DNA of 64,000 nt from assembly GCA_963835815.1 (NCBI GenBank), contig CAWIGU010000005.1, positions 195,827 to 259,826 of the forward strand. Direction: 5' to 3'. A program made the position numbers and the translations under genes. The notes beneath the pieces are model-generated. The model saw nothing but the letters and a program-made list of their open reading frames with translations. It was not told the origin of the DNA and ran no database searches. The DNA comes from an uncultured Acidimicrobiaceae bacterium. Lineage in GTDB: Bacteria; Actinomycetota; Acidimicrobiia; Acidimicrobiales; RAAP-2. Below are positions 1-10,070 of the stretch, one piece after another (the first letter of the stretch is position 1; every line of letters starts with the position of its first letter).

Positions 1-385
1 CGAGCACCACATAGCCCTGCCGCACGAGCTGCAGCGCGTAGTCGCTGTTGGGCGCAGCGGTGTGCTCGAGGCCCACCGCTTGGGACTTGCCCGGCCCATG
101 ACCGTGGCAGGCCAGCACCGCAGCGCCGGCGGAGACCCGCCCATCGGGCACCAGCAGGTACGCCGGCACCGACATGGTGTCCTCGGTGTCAAAGACGATC
201 AGGTCCCGGCGGTAGCCGTCGCACTGCACCGATTCGAGTGTCTCGGTGTCGAGGGGCACCGGTGTGGGCATCGGGCCCAGAAGCTCGACCAGGCGGGCAC
301 GACGACGGTCGCGCCACACAGAGAAGGAGTCGGGGTCGTGTTCGGGCAGGGGATCCTCGTGCGGCGTGGATGCCAATCGGGTCAT
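1..385 (-). CDS. alpha/beta-hydrolase fold protein (dienelactone-hydrolase / esterase-like), N-terminal part; continues past the window start
   Basis: Absent from the ORF track because it has no stop inside the window. My minus-strand translation from ATG (385..383) gives MTRLASTPHEDPLPEHDPDSFSVWRDRRRARLVELLGPMPTPVPLDTETLESVQCDGYRRDLIVFDTEDTMSVPAYLLVPDG...AVLACHGHGPGK and stays open to base 1. Confidence 0.5.
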   Translation of the reverse strand, partial: MTRLASTPHEDPLPEHDPDSFSVWRDRRRARLVELLGPMPTPVPLDTETLESVQCDGYRRDLIVFDTEDTMSVPAYLLVPDGRVSAGAAVLACHGHGPGKSQAVGLEHTAAPNSDYALQLVRQGYVVL

Positions 386-553
386 CCATTGGTACCAAGA
401 TGAGTAGTTGCGTTTCGGGGCGGGAAAGACCAACCCTGGCGCGTCACCACTCATCCCTACCCCTCTCCTCGACCATCGGTGCTCACGGCTCAATGTAGGC
501 CCCGGCGGAGGACCGGATTGAGGGAGCCCGGGATCTCGGGCACAATTCTCCCC

Positions 554-1415
554 GTGACCCTCGCCACCCGTCTCAGCGTGCACCCGCTCTCGCCCACCAT
601 CGGGGCGGAGATCTGGGACCTCGACCTCTCGGTCGCGCTGGCACCCGAGGTGGTCGCCGCGGTGCGGGGCGGCGTTGCAGACGCACCATGTGATCTTCTT
701 CCGCGACCAGTCCCTCACCCCACAGCAACAGGCAGACTTCGCGCGCCAATTCGGCGAGGTGACCGAGGCCCACCCGGTTCTGCCGGCCATCGATGAGAGC
801 GCCGAGGTCCTCGCCATCGACGGCAAGGTCGATCGCGCCAGCTGGTGGCACACCGATGTGACCTTTCTCGAGACGCCGGCGATGGGATCGATCCTCTACA
901 TGCTCGAGGCGCCGGAGGTCGGCGGCGACACCATGTGGGCCAGCCTGCAGGACGCCTACGACGGCCTGGCGCCTGGCGTGCGCACCATGTGTGACGGCCT
1001 CATCGCCATCCACCACGATCCCTGGTTCGCCGCCGACGTCGCCGCCCGCGGCGGCTACGAATGGAACGGCACCTGGCATGAGAAGCTGTTGCCGGCCCTG
1101 CACCCGGTCGTGCGCACGCACCCCGAGAACGGGCGCAACGGGCTCTTCGTCAACGGGCAGTTCACCCAGGCTCTCCTGGGACTCTCGAAGAACGAGAGCA
1201 ACGCCATCCTCGAGATGCTCTACCGCCACTGCGTGCAGCCCGAGTTCACCTGTCGCTTCCGTTGGAAGGCGGGCTCGGTGGCCTTCTGGGACAACCGGGC
1301 CACCCTGCACTACGCACTGGACGACTACGGCGACGCGCCTCGCTTCGCGCACCGGGTCACCCTGCGCGGCGATCGCCCCTTCGGTCCGGCAATGCCCGCC
1401 CGCAGCCCCGGCTGA
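554..1415 (+). pseudogene. TauD/TfdA-family Fe(II)/2-oxoglutarate dioxygenase, frame broken once near 668-672
   Basis: ORF 675..1415 carries the TauD core (HHVIFFRDQ, WHTDVTF, RFAHRVTL). The missing N-terminus (VTLATRLSVHPLSPTIGAEIWDLDLS..EVVAAVRG) lies in another frame from GTG 554. The two frames meet at gtgcGGGGcggcg. The span is 3n+1 nt. Confidence 0.8.
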
Positions 1416-1428
1416 CGAGCCGCATCGG

Positions 1429-2028
1429 ATGTCAGCCGGCCTCCCGGCGGTTCTCGGACTTGCCGCGGGCGCGTTCGTCAGCACGAACCTCGACAACGCA
1501 GTGGTGACCGTGGCCATGGTGGCCACGGCGCCGCCCGAACGAGCCCGGCGGATCGCCGCGGGCCAAGTCGTCGGGTTCGCCGCGCTCGTCCTCGCCGCCC
1601 TCGGCATGGCACTCCTCCTGTTCGAGATCCCCACACGGGTCATCGGCCTCCTGGGCCTGGTCCCCCTGGCGCTGGGGATCCGGGGGCTCATCGGGCTGCG
1701 GCACGCCGAAAGCCGGGCCCGATTGGCACACCGCGCGTTCGGGAGCGGCTTCTTCGCCGCCACGTTGGTGACGATCGGCGCCGGCGGTGACAACCTCGCT
1801 GTCTACATTCCCCTGTTCCGCGTTGCGCACGTCCGCGGCACTGTGGGCACATTGCTGATCTTCGCCGTGTGCGAAGTGCTGCTCACCTTCTTCATCCTGT
1901 GGGCCGGCGGGCACCCGCGCGTGCGCGGCTCCATGACCGCACTCGGTGTGGTGGCCACGCCGATCCTGTACTGCGTCATCGGCATCCTCGTGCTGATCGA
2001 GGCCGGTACGCTCTCGGCGCTCTGGTAG
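1429..2028 (+). CDS. CadD-like (cadmium-resistance transporter family) integral membrane protein
   Basis: ATG 1429 in the frame of ORF 991..2028. The 199-aa hydrophobic product reads MSAGLPAVLGLAAGAFVSTNLDNAVV...GAGGDNLAVYIPLF. Confidence 0.6.
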   Translation: MSAGLPAVLGLAAGAFVSTNLDNAVVTVAMVATAPPERARRIAAGQVVGFAALVLAALGMALLLFEIPTRVIGLLGLVPLALGIRGLIGLRHAESRARLAHRAFGSGFFAATLVTIGAGGDNLAVYIPLFRVAHVRGTVGTLLIFAVCEVLLTFFILWAGGHPRVRGSMTALGVVATPILYCVIGILVLIEAGTLSALW

Positions 2029-2058
2029 GCACCTTCGGCGCACCACCGGGTCGGCGTG

Positions 2059-3582
2059 CTAGGTGGGCAGTGGCTTCCCCTTCTGCACGACGACCCAGCA
2101 CGTTCCCTGCGGCTTGTGGTTGGTCTTCAGGTCGCATTGCGACGACGGTGGCACGTTGTTGTGGATCTTCACCACGGTGTAGGTCGTGGGGCCGTAGAAC
2201 TTGTCGGGACCGAAGCTCAGGACGGGGGACAGACCACCGGGAAAGTCCTTGATCTGGGAGAGGGCGGTGACAAAGGTACGCCGGTTCAGCTGCGACCCGG
2301 CGTTCGTGGCCGCCTCCGCGAAGAGCCGGATGGAGGTGCACCAGGCCTGGATCGGCCCCTGTTCCTCGATGTAGAAGCTCGTGGTCCCCTTGATCGGCTT
2401 GGGGTGCGCCTTGTGCCACGTGGCATAACAGGAGCGCACCCCCGGGTCGTACCCACCCTGTGCCTCTGGCCGTGCGTCGTCGAAGCCACCCAACGTCTCC
2501 GTCGTGACGCCTTCCTGGCCGTTGAGGGCGGTCTCGTAGGGCACGGGGATGAGGCCGAGCGCCACCTCGATGCTCGACTGGTAGTCGCTCAAGAGCAACT
2601 GCGGGAAGAACTTCTGCTGGTTCTCGGCCCCGACATAGGGGAAGAAGGCGTTCTCGGGCAACATGGGGATCACCGATTGCACGCCGGCCGCCTTGAGGCG
2701 CTCCACGGCAAGCTGCGCGTCGGAGTCGGTGCTGGCCGTCTCGTTGAGACCGGCCGCGACCGTGTACACCTGCGGGGTGATCCCCACGGCCTTGAGGTCG
2801 GGCAACAGATAGGAATGCAGCGCGGCCTGGTCGCCTGACTGGTCCGACACGACGACACCCACCTTCTTGCCCTTGCCGAGCCGACCCGAGGCGACCCCCC
2901 ACTGCACGGTGGCCTTCAGGACCGGTGCCTGGTCGGCCCCGGTCCACCAGAGGTAGGGAGAACCCTGATTGGTCCAGTTGGTGGTCGTGGTCCACGCCGC
3001 GATCATCGGCGTATGCCCCTCCTGGGTCACGCAGAGCTCGTTGTCCCCCGTCCACGTGCCGATCGCGTCGATGACGGCGAACACGGGTGGGTTGCCTTGG
3101 GTCCATTGCTGGCAGAGCGAGCGCATCTCGGTCGCGTTGGCGGGGTCGTAGCTGACGATGATCGGGTTGATCTTGCGGCCATGGATACCGCCCGCTGCGT
3201 TGATCTGGTTCACGTAGAGGCGGATGGCGGTGGTCTGCTCGTTGTACTCCTTGTCCTCGGCGAAGCCCAGCTGCCCCGCTTCGCTGTTGATCGCGACGAC
3301 GGGGAAGACGACGTTGACGGCGTGCGCCGTGACGCCGCGCGCGCTGGTGCTGGCTTGGCTGACCGGGGTCGACCCACCCGACGCGGCGGGCGTGGACTCG
3401 GCCGCGCCGGCCGAGGGGGCGAGGACGAGCCAGAGGACGACCCCGACGACGACCCCGACGACGATGCACACGGTCCGCAGCTGCATGGCGAGCGGGCGGC
3501 GGCGCAGGCGGCGCCAGCTGCGCCCGAACGGCGCCAGCGGGTTGGGTGCGTGGAACGATCCGCTGCGGGCAGACCCTGTCAT
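2059..3582 (-). CDS. ABC transporter substrate-binding protein, branched-chain amino acid (LivJ/LivK-like) family
   Basis: 507-aa ORF with an Arg-rich N-terminus, a hydrophobic anchor (VCIVVGVVVGVVLWLVLA), then a type I periplasmic-binding fold. ATGA overlap with the upstream ATPase stop (3579-3582). An alternative start is ATG 3486. Confidence 0.8.
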   Translation of the reverse strand: MTGSARSGSFHAPNPLAPFGRSWRRLRRRPLAMQLRTVCIVVGVVVGVVLWLVLAPSAGAAESTPAASGGSTPVSQASTSARGVTAHAVNVVFPVVAINSEAGQLGFAEDKEYNEQTTAIRLYVNQINAAGGIHGRKINPIIVSYDPANATEMRSLCQQWTQGNPPVFAVIDAIGTWTGDNELCVTQEGHTPMIAAWTTTTNWTNQGSPYLWWTGADQAPVLKATVQWGVASGRLGKGKKVGVVVSDQSGDQAALHSYLLPDLKAVGITPQVYTVAAGLNETASTDSDAQLAVERLKAAGVQSVIPMLPENAFFPYVGAENQQKFFPQLLLSDYQSSIEVALGLIPVPYETALNGQEGVTTETLGGFDDARPEAQGGYDPGVRSCYATWHKAHPKPIKGTTSFYIEEQGPIQAWCTSIRLFAEAATNAGSQLNRRTFVTALSQIKDFPGGLSPVLSFGPDKFYGPTTYTVVKIHNNVPPSSQCDLKTNHKPQGTCWVVVQKGKPLPT

Positions 3583-4466
3583 GGTGCCTCCATCCTTCTT
3601 CCCCCCCCGGCGTCCGGTCGTGAGCCGGACGCGCCGTGTGCACTCGACCCGGTCGGTCCCGAGGCAAAGATCGCTTCGTCGCTCGCACCAAGGTACGCCG
3701 CCAGCGCACGCGGATCAGCGCGCACCACCTCGGGCGGTCCGTCGGCCACGATCCGCCCGAGCTCCATGACCACCACGCTGGTGCACAGCTCGAAGACGAG
3801 GGGGACATCGTGTTCGACGAGGACGATCGTCGTATCGGCGACCTGGTGCAGGCGGCGCAACAGCGGGATGAATGCCTCGGCTTCACGCTGCGCGATCCCC
3901 GCGGTGGGCTCGTCGAGCAGGAGCAGGCGCGGTGCAGCCAGGATGATCGACGCCAGATCGACCACGCGGCGTGTCCCGGTCGAGAGCTCGGCGGTGCGGT
4001 GATGGCGGAAGCGCTCGAGCCCGAATGCGCCGATGACCTCATCCACTGCGGCCAGCTTCCGCTTCTCCGCGCGCCGGGCCCAGGGCAGCTGCAAGGTCGT
4101 CGACACCACCGCCACCTCGCGTTTGACGTCTTCGCAGAGCATCAGCACCTCGAGCACCGACAACTCCGGGAAGAGGCGACAGTCCTGGAACGAGCGGACG
4201 ATCCCGATGCGCTCGCGTTCTTCGGGCAGGTACTCGGCCAGATCCGTTCCGTCGAGCAGCACCGTGCCGTGCCGGGGCGTGACCAGACCCGAGATCATGT
4301 CGAGCGTGGTGGTCTTCCCCGACCCGTTGGCGCCGATCAGGCCGACGATGGCGCCGGGCTCCGCGGTGAAGCTGACCTCATCGACCGCACGCACCCCGCC
4401 GAAGGTCACGCCGAGGTTCTCGACCGTGAGCCGGGCCGGACCGCTGCGAGACCCGGGCCCGCTCAC
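3579..4466 (-). CDS. ABC transporter ATP-binding protein, LivG-like
   Basis: Walker A GANGSGKTT and Walker B LLLLDEP. Start placed at GTG 4466, which forms a GTGA overlap with the permease stop at 4463. Confidence 0.85.
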   Translation of the reverse strand: MSGPGSRSGPARLTVENLGVTFGGVRAVDEVSFTAEPGAIVGLIGANGSGKTTTLDMISGLVTPRHGTVLLDGTDLAEYLPEERERIGIVRSFQDCRLFPELSVLEVLMLCEDVKREVAVVSTTLQLPWARRAEKRKLAAVDEVIGAFGLERFRHHRTAELSTGTRRVVDLASIILAAPRLLLLDEPTAGIAQREAEAFIPLLRRLHQVADTTIVLVEHDVPLVFELCTSVVVMELGRIVADGPPEVVRADPRALAAYLGASDEAIFASGPTGSSAHGASGSRPDAGGGRRMEAP

Positions 4467-6496
4467 GACTCGACGACCTCGGGTACAAGGGTCTCGGACT
4501 CTTGGCCCGCGGGCTCGGTTGCGAGTGCGGCACCCGGTGGCGGGCCCCCCGAGCGGTGCGTGGCCCAGCGCTCCTGGGCGTAGCGCACGGCGATCGTGCA
4601 CGCGTCGGCCGAGCGATGGAGAAGCTCACCCAGGCCGCCGGGAAGGTAGAGGATGAAGGCGATCAGTCCGATGCCGCTGGTCAGGAATTGGATGGTCGGG
4701 TTCGCGCCGAAGAGCGCCGGAAGGCCTTCGAGATAGAGCGCACCGAGCACCGCTCCCGCAACCGACCCCAGGCCCCCGATCACGACCATGGAGATGATGA
4801 TGAACGAGATCGTCGGATCGAATGTGGCCGTGCTGAACCGCTGCGTGGCGAACGCGAGGCACACGCCGGCGTAGCCGGCCATGAATCCCGAGAGCCCGAA
4901 CGCCAACAACTTCGTGCGCAGGACGGGAATGCCCATGGCCGCCGCCCCGAGCTCGTTGTCGCGCACGGCGATCAGCCGGCGCGCCACGCCCTTGTCGCGC
5001 CAGGTCCGCACCGCGAGGATTGCGAGCAGGAGCATGCCCAGGGAGAACCAGGCGAACGTGCGCTCCGAATGCAGACTGAGCCCGAGCAGTGAGGGCCGCC
5101 CGATCAGCGTGGAGGCGGGGTTCGGCAGTCCCGTGCACAGTGTCTTGTGGATGCCCGGCACGGTCCAACACGGCGTCGCCAGTACCGCCGCCTGCATGAA
5201 GATGGCAAAGGCCAGCGTCGTCACGGCGAGAAACAAACCCGGTAAGCGGAGCGCGGGCAGGCCGACGATGATGGCCACGAGAGCGGTGACCGCCCCGCCG
5301 AAGAGCAGGAGGAGCGGCAAGGGAACCGATGAGCCCAGGTGTGCCGCCATCAAGGCCCCCACCGCCACCAGGCCGAACTGGCCCAGAGAGACCTGCCCCG
5401 CCCATCCGGTCAGGATCGTGAGCGAGAGGGCGATCACCGCATAGATACAGACCTGGCTGAACAGGAAGTTGTTGCCGACGTTGAGGAGGAGGGGCAGGAT
5501 CGCGGCACCGACGACGGCCGCCCACATGCCCGACACCGAAATCCGATTGCGCAGGGCGTCGACGGTGGCCCTGGCGGTGACAGCGCCGTGCTGCCACGTC
5601 GAGCGCTCCGCCGAACGGCTGTCCTTGCGCAACGCCCGCACGCGGATCAGCAAGACGAGGAGGAGCACGACGAAGAGGACCAGTTGCTGGTTGGCCGTCG
5701 ACGAGATGTTCCACTGCAACAACTCGTAGAGCACACCGACGCCGATGCCGGCGACGAATGCCACCGTGAGGTTGATCATGGCCCCGACCAGCGCAGCGGT
5801 CAGCGCGAAGAGGAGGAGGTCGGGACTCAGGACCTGGGTCAGCGCGCTGGTCTGGCCCGGCGCATTGAGAATGGCTGTGAAGGCGGAGAGCGCACCGGCG
5901 ACGGTCCACGTGAGCGTGGAGGTCCGGCGTATCCACACGCCGGAGAGCCGGGCCGAGTCCGCGTTCTCGGACATCGCCCTCATGTTGAGGCCCCAACTGG
6001 TGGAGCGCACGGCCAGCGCCAGAGTGAGGGCCACGATCGGCGCCACGATGAGGGTCAACACCTCGCCCGGGGTGAAGATGGTCGAGCCCAACGTAAAGGA
6101 CAGGTCGAACGGCACCGGCACCGGCTTGTAGAGGTTGTGCGGCCGGATGAACGGGAGCGCTGTCAGCGCGAGGAGGACCTGGCTCAGGCCGATGGTGGCG
6201 ACCATCACGAGGACGCGCGGTCTGTTGAACAGGCGGCGGAGCACGAGCTCGGACAACGCGCCGACGGCCGCCGCCAGGGAGATGGAGAGGACGAGCGCGA
6301 ACCAGTAGTCGAACTTGAAGTCAGCGGTGAGCTTGACCAGGAAGACCGCAGCGATGACGCCGACCTGCCCCTGGGCGAAGTTGAGCACCCGATTGGTGCG
6401 GTAGATCAGAACGAGGCCCACGGCCAAGAGCCCGTAGCCCAGGCCGATGATGACACCTTGGAGGAGGACGAAGTTCGGAGCCGACAGGGCGAGCAT
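4463..6496 (-). CDS. fused branched-chain amino acid ABC permease (LivH-like N-half, LivM-like C-half)
   Basis: 677-aa polytopic membrane ORF (MLALSAPNFVLLQGVIIGLGYGLLAVGLVLIYRTNRVLNFAQGQ...). It sits between LivF- and LivG-like ATPase genes. Confidence 0.85.
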   Translation of the reverse strand: MLALSAPNFVLLQGVIIGLGYGLLAVGLVLIYRTNRVLNFAQGQVGVIAAVFLVKLTADFKFDYWFALVLSISLAAAVGALSELVLRRLFNRPRVLVMVATIGLSQVLLALTALPFIRPHNLYKPVPVPFDLSFTLGSTIFTPGEVLTLIVAPIVALTLALAVRSTSWGLNMRAMSENADSARLSGVWIRRTSTLTWTVAGALSAFTAILNAPGQTSALTQVLSPDLLLFALTAALVGAMINLTVAFVAGIGVGVLYELLQWNISSTANQQLVLFVVLLLVLLIRVRALRKDSRSAERSTWQHGAVTARATVDALRNRISVSGMWAAVVGAAILPLLLNVGNNFLFSQVCIYAVIALSLTILTGWAGQVSLGQFGLVAVGALMAAHLGSSVPLPLLLLFGGAVTALVAIIVGLPALRLPGLFLAVTTLAFAIFMQAAVLATPCWTVPGIHKTLCTGLPNPASTLIGRPSLLGLSLHSERTFAWFSLGMLLLAILAVRTWRDKGVARRLIAVRDNELGAAAMGIPVLRTKLLAFGLSGFMAGYAGVCLAFATQRFSTATFDPTISFIIISMVVIGGLGSVAGAVLGALYLEGLPALFGANPTIQFLTSGIGLIAFILYLPGGLGELLHRSADACTIAVRYAQERWATHRSGGPPPGAALATEPAGQESETLVPEVVES

Positions 6497-6508
6497 CGAC
6501 CCGTCGAC

Positions 6509-8715
6509 CTAACGCAGTCCGGTGGCGGCGGTGCCGAGGAACACCGGTCGGAGGAGGTCGTCCCGCTCGAGGAGCTCGGCTGTCGGGCCGTCAAAGCGGA
6601 TTTCGCCGCGCTCGATGAAGAAGCACCGGTCGGCGAGGCTGATGGCGCGGTTGACACTCTGCTCGACCAGGATCACCGTCGTGCCCTGCTCGTTGATGCG
6701 ACGGACCATCGCCATGAGGTCGTCCACCGTCTTGGGCGCGAGGCCGAGTGCCAGCTCGTCGATGAGGAGGAGACGGGGTCGGGTCATCATGACCCGGGCC
6801 AATGCCAGCATCTGCTGCTCCCCACCCGAGAGGGTCCCCGCCGGCTGGTCGAGGCGGGCCTTGAGGGCCGGGAACGCATCCAGCGCCTCTTGCAGCGCTC
6901 GAGCGGAGCGGGCGCGGTCGCGCCGCAGGGTGTGCCCGCCGATGCGCAGGTTGTCGCGCACCGAGAGTCCCGAGAACGTCATCTTCCCGCCCACCAGGAG
7001 AGCCACTCCCTCTTCGATGATCTGCTCCGGCTCGAGGTAGGTCGCGTTCATCCCGAACAGCCGGACAACGCCCCGATGGGGATGCGAGAGCCCCGAGACC
7101 GCACGGAGCAAGGTGGATTTGCCGGCCCCGTTCGTCCCCAGGAGAGCCACCATCTCGCCCTGCGCGACTTCCAGGTTGAGGTCGAAGAGCACCTGGTTGG
7201 TGCCGTAGTAGAAGTCGAGGTTGTGCACCTGCAGGGCCGGGATCTCCCCGCCGCTCTGGCGGCGCTTGCCCTCGGTGTAGCGCTCGATCACATCTTCGAT
7301 CACCAGGGTGATGTCACGCCGCACGCTGTGCGAGCCGAGGATGAGCAGGAACCCGCCCACGAGCGACACGGGCGCGATGATCGAGAGGGACACGACAATG
7401 CCGTGCAGCCCCCCGATGGCGTCGGAGACCGCGCCCGAGCACCACCGAGCCGGCGAACCCTCCGAAGACCAGGGAGTAGACCCCGAACATGGCGAAACAG
7501 ATCGTCCGCATCTCGGGCGGCGCCGTGGCGGCCAGGGTGAGGAAGATGCAGATGGCCAGTGGCGCCACGGCCGCATTGGCGAGGAACTGCAGCCCACCCA
7601 CCATCCAGAGTTGGGGTACGTACAGCGAGGCCACGAAGAGACAGCCGTAGGCGGCGATGCAGATAGCCGGCGATGACCAGCGGACGCTGGGGGGCCTTGC
7701 GGAAGAACCGGTCGCCGAAGAAATAGGCCATGGGGAGGCCCAGGAAGGCGGCCAGGCCGACGATGGCGTAGAACTCGCTGCGGCTCGCCGTGTCGAGATG
7801 GAACTTGTCGATCAGGAACAGGTTGCCGTAGAGGGGTGCGCCCGTACCCACGAAGCCGAGAATGGCCACCGCCACCAGCTCGTAGTAGAGCGAACGGATC
7901 CGCAACAGCCTGGTCATGGCGGAACCGAGGAGGACCCGTGGCGCCGCCTCCTGCTGGGATTGCAGGTCCATACCCGAGGCCTTGAGGATGTGGCTGCTCT
8001 CGTTGGCCCCCTTCTCCGGTTCGCGCAAGGTGAAGAGCGCGAAGCCCACAGGAATGCCGGCCAGCGCGACGAGCAGTCCGTAGCGCCAACTGTGCGCGAC
8101 GGTGACCACGAAGCCGAATATCAGAATGCCGATGGTCTGCGAGATCGGGTCCGACAGTTGATGCCAGCTGAACACCCGGCCCCGGCCCTCGACCGGATAG
8201 GCGTCGGAGAGATACGAGTTGTGGACCGTGTTGTTCACCCCGAATCCGACCGACGCCACCAGGTAGAGGAACGCGAACGCCCACACGTTGGGCGAGAGCG
8301 CCATGGCCGATCCGAAGACGGCGAAGATGATCAGGGACAGGCCGGCGACCAGTTTGCGGCTCCCGCGGTCGGCCCACAGTGCGAGCGGCACGGCCCAGAG
8401 CAACTGGGCCACCTGGGCGACGAAGGCCACCGCGCCGAGTGAGGCGTTGGACATGTGGAACGAGTTCTGCAGGTTGCGTCCGATGAGGTTGATGCCGTTG
8501 CCGAAAGTGCCGGGGATCAGCGCGGCCACCGTCATCAGGACGAGGGGCGACCAGCCCGAGGTGTGCAGGATCCCCAACAGGGGCGGCGGTTTGCCGTCAC
8601 CGGTCCCGGGCATGAGCGTGACATCGGCGAGGACCTCGGGATCTCGCGCGTGTCGCACCGCTTCGCGCAAGAGATCGTCGGGGACGGCAAAGTCGAAGAG
8701 CGGCTCTTCGTTCAC
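6509..8715 (-). pseudogene. MFS-transporter domain fused to LivF-like ABC ATPase; two frame breaks (about 7655-7668 and 7428-7438)
   Basis: MFS helices run through three frames: ORF 7300..8715, ORF 7314..7634, then ORF 6509..8377. The last MFS helix (GIVVSLSIIAPVSLVGGFLLILG) continues without a stop into the ABC domain (LQVHNLDFYYG, Walker A GTNGAGKST, signature LSGGEQQ, Walker B LLLIDE). The span is 3n+2 nt. Confidence 0.75.
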
Positions 8716-8730
8716 TGGGGCTGCACTCTA

Positions 8731-8752
8731 TCCCTGACATGGATGTCAGGGA
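8731..8752. repeat. perfect 10-bp inverted repeat, tccctgacat-gg-atgtcaggga
   Basis: Read directly from the sequence. It lies between the LarA-like stop (TGA at 8748..8746, inside the repeat) and the MFS-LivF start at 8715. Confidence 0.9.
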
Positions 8753-10066
8753 CTGGTTAGCCCGCCTGCGGGCGACACCGTCACCACGGTGAGCGGGCCT
8801 TCGGGGAGAACGGCGCACGCGGCCCGTTCCTCCGAGCGCGTCCAACGCCTCACCGACCACCGTGGCCAGATCGTGGACGGGCACGAGCAGCGCATCGGCG
8901 GTCATCTCGTCGGTCAACCCGTCGCTGTAGAGCCATACCCGGGCCCGTTGCAGCACCCTCCCGAGCACCTGGGCCTGCCAGCGGTCGAGCTCGGGCCCGG
9001 CCCCGGCGCCGATCAGGTCCTCGGGCGTGCGGGCGGACGCCACGACCTCGGCGAACGCGCCATCGCCCGGGATGCCGTCGCCACAGGCGGCCGCCATCAC
9101 GATGATGCCCCCCGGACGGACGATCCGTTCGGCCGCGGCCATGCCCTTGACGGCCTGGTAGAGGTTGCGGTCGAGCGGGTGCCCGCTGTTGGTCGAGACC
9201 ACCACATCGAACGGAGCGGCCACCCGCTTCAGCGATGCGGCCTCGACGAACGCACAGGCGGCGTCGTGCGCGACGTCCAGCGGGCCGGCGAACACCGCGG
9301 TGACCTCGCGCTGCGCATTGATCGCCACATCGACCGAGAGGTGTGGAGGCGCGAGGGCCACGGCGGCACGGACGAAATCGTGCACCGGGTTCCCCCGCCG
9401 GGTGACGAAGGTGGCCCCGGCATCGGCGATGCGACGCGGGTGATGCGCCTCGAGGATCGTCTCGGTGGCGGCCAACCCGGGGCACACGGCCTTGGGGCCG
9501 CCGCTGAAGCCGGCGAAGAAATGGGGCTCGACGAACCCGGTGATGATGCGCACGTCGGCCTCGACATACTCGCGCTGCAACAGGATCGGCGTCCCGTCGA
9601 CCTCGCCGACCGCGAGATGGGTCGCGCGCTGTACATCTGCGACGTGCGCGTCGCTCTGGGCATTGTGGTCGACGATGGTGTAGCGGGCGACGATGTCGGG
9701 ACCGACGAGCTCCTCCATCTCCGCCGGCGTCGCTTGACGGTGCGTCCCCGTGGCGCAGAGCAGGGTGATGGCGGCATCGGGTATCCCGCAGCGCTCGAGC
9801 TCCGACAAAAGAGGTGGGAGCACCGTCCGGTTGGGCATCGGCCGCGTGAGGTCCGGGAACACGACGGCGACACGCGGCGCTCCTCGGGGACCGCGCCGGC
9901 GGACCAGGTCGCCCAGGGACGGCCCGGCGAGTGGGTGCGCCAACGCCTGGCGCAGTGCTTCCTCCTGGTCGGGCAACCCGGGGAGCTCCGTCGGAAGAAT
10001 CACCGTGGCGTCGTCCGGCACCTCCACCGTCCGCCCGTCGACGCCGTAGGCCAGCTTGACCAACAT
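8746..10066 (-). pseudogene. LarA-family (lactate racemase-like, DUF2088) protein; frame break near 8808-8816 close to the 3' end
   Basis: MLVKLAYGVDGRTVEVPDD... with the motif GFVEPHFFAGFSGGPKAV. The expected C-terminus (VLPEGPLTVVTVSPAGGLTSP*) is in the adjacent frame and ends at 8746. The span is 3n+1 nt. Confidence 0.8.
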
Positions 10067-10070
10067 CGGC

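Noticed and set aside
5339-7540. Very long ORFs antisense to, or out of frame with, recognisable genes. Examples: 5339..7540 +, 10056..12374 +, 12921..14774 +, 17698..19347 +, 19358..20791 -, 1976..4042 -, 36780..38342 -, 40394..41611 -, 54055..55290 -.
   Set aside because: They are typical high-GC artefacts. The products are Arg/Gly/Pro/His-rich and low-complexity, with no recognisable motifs. Each fully overlaps a gene that has strong family signatures on the other strand or in another frame.
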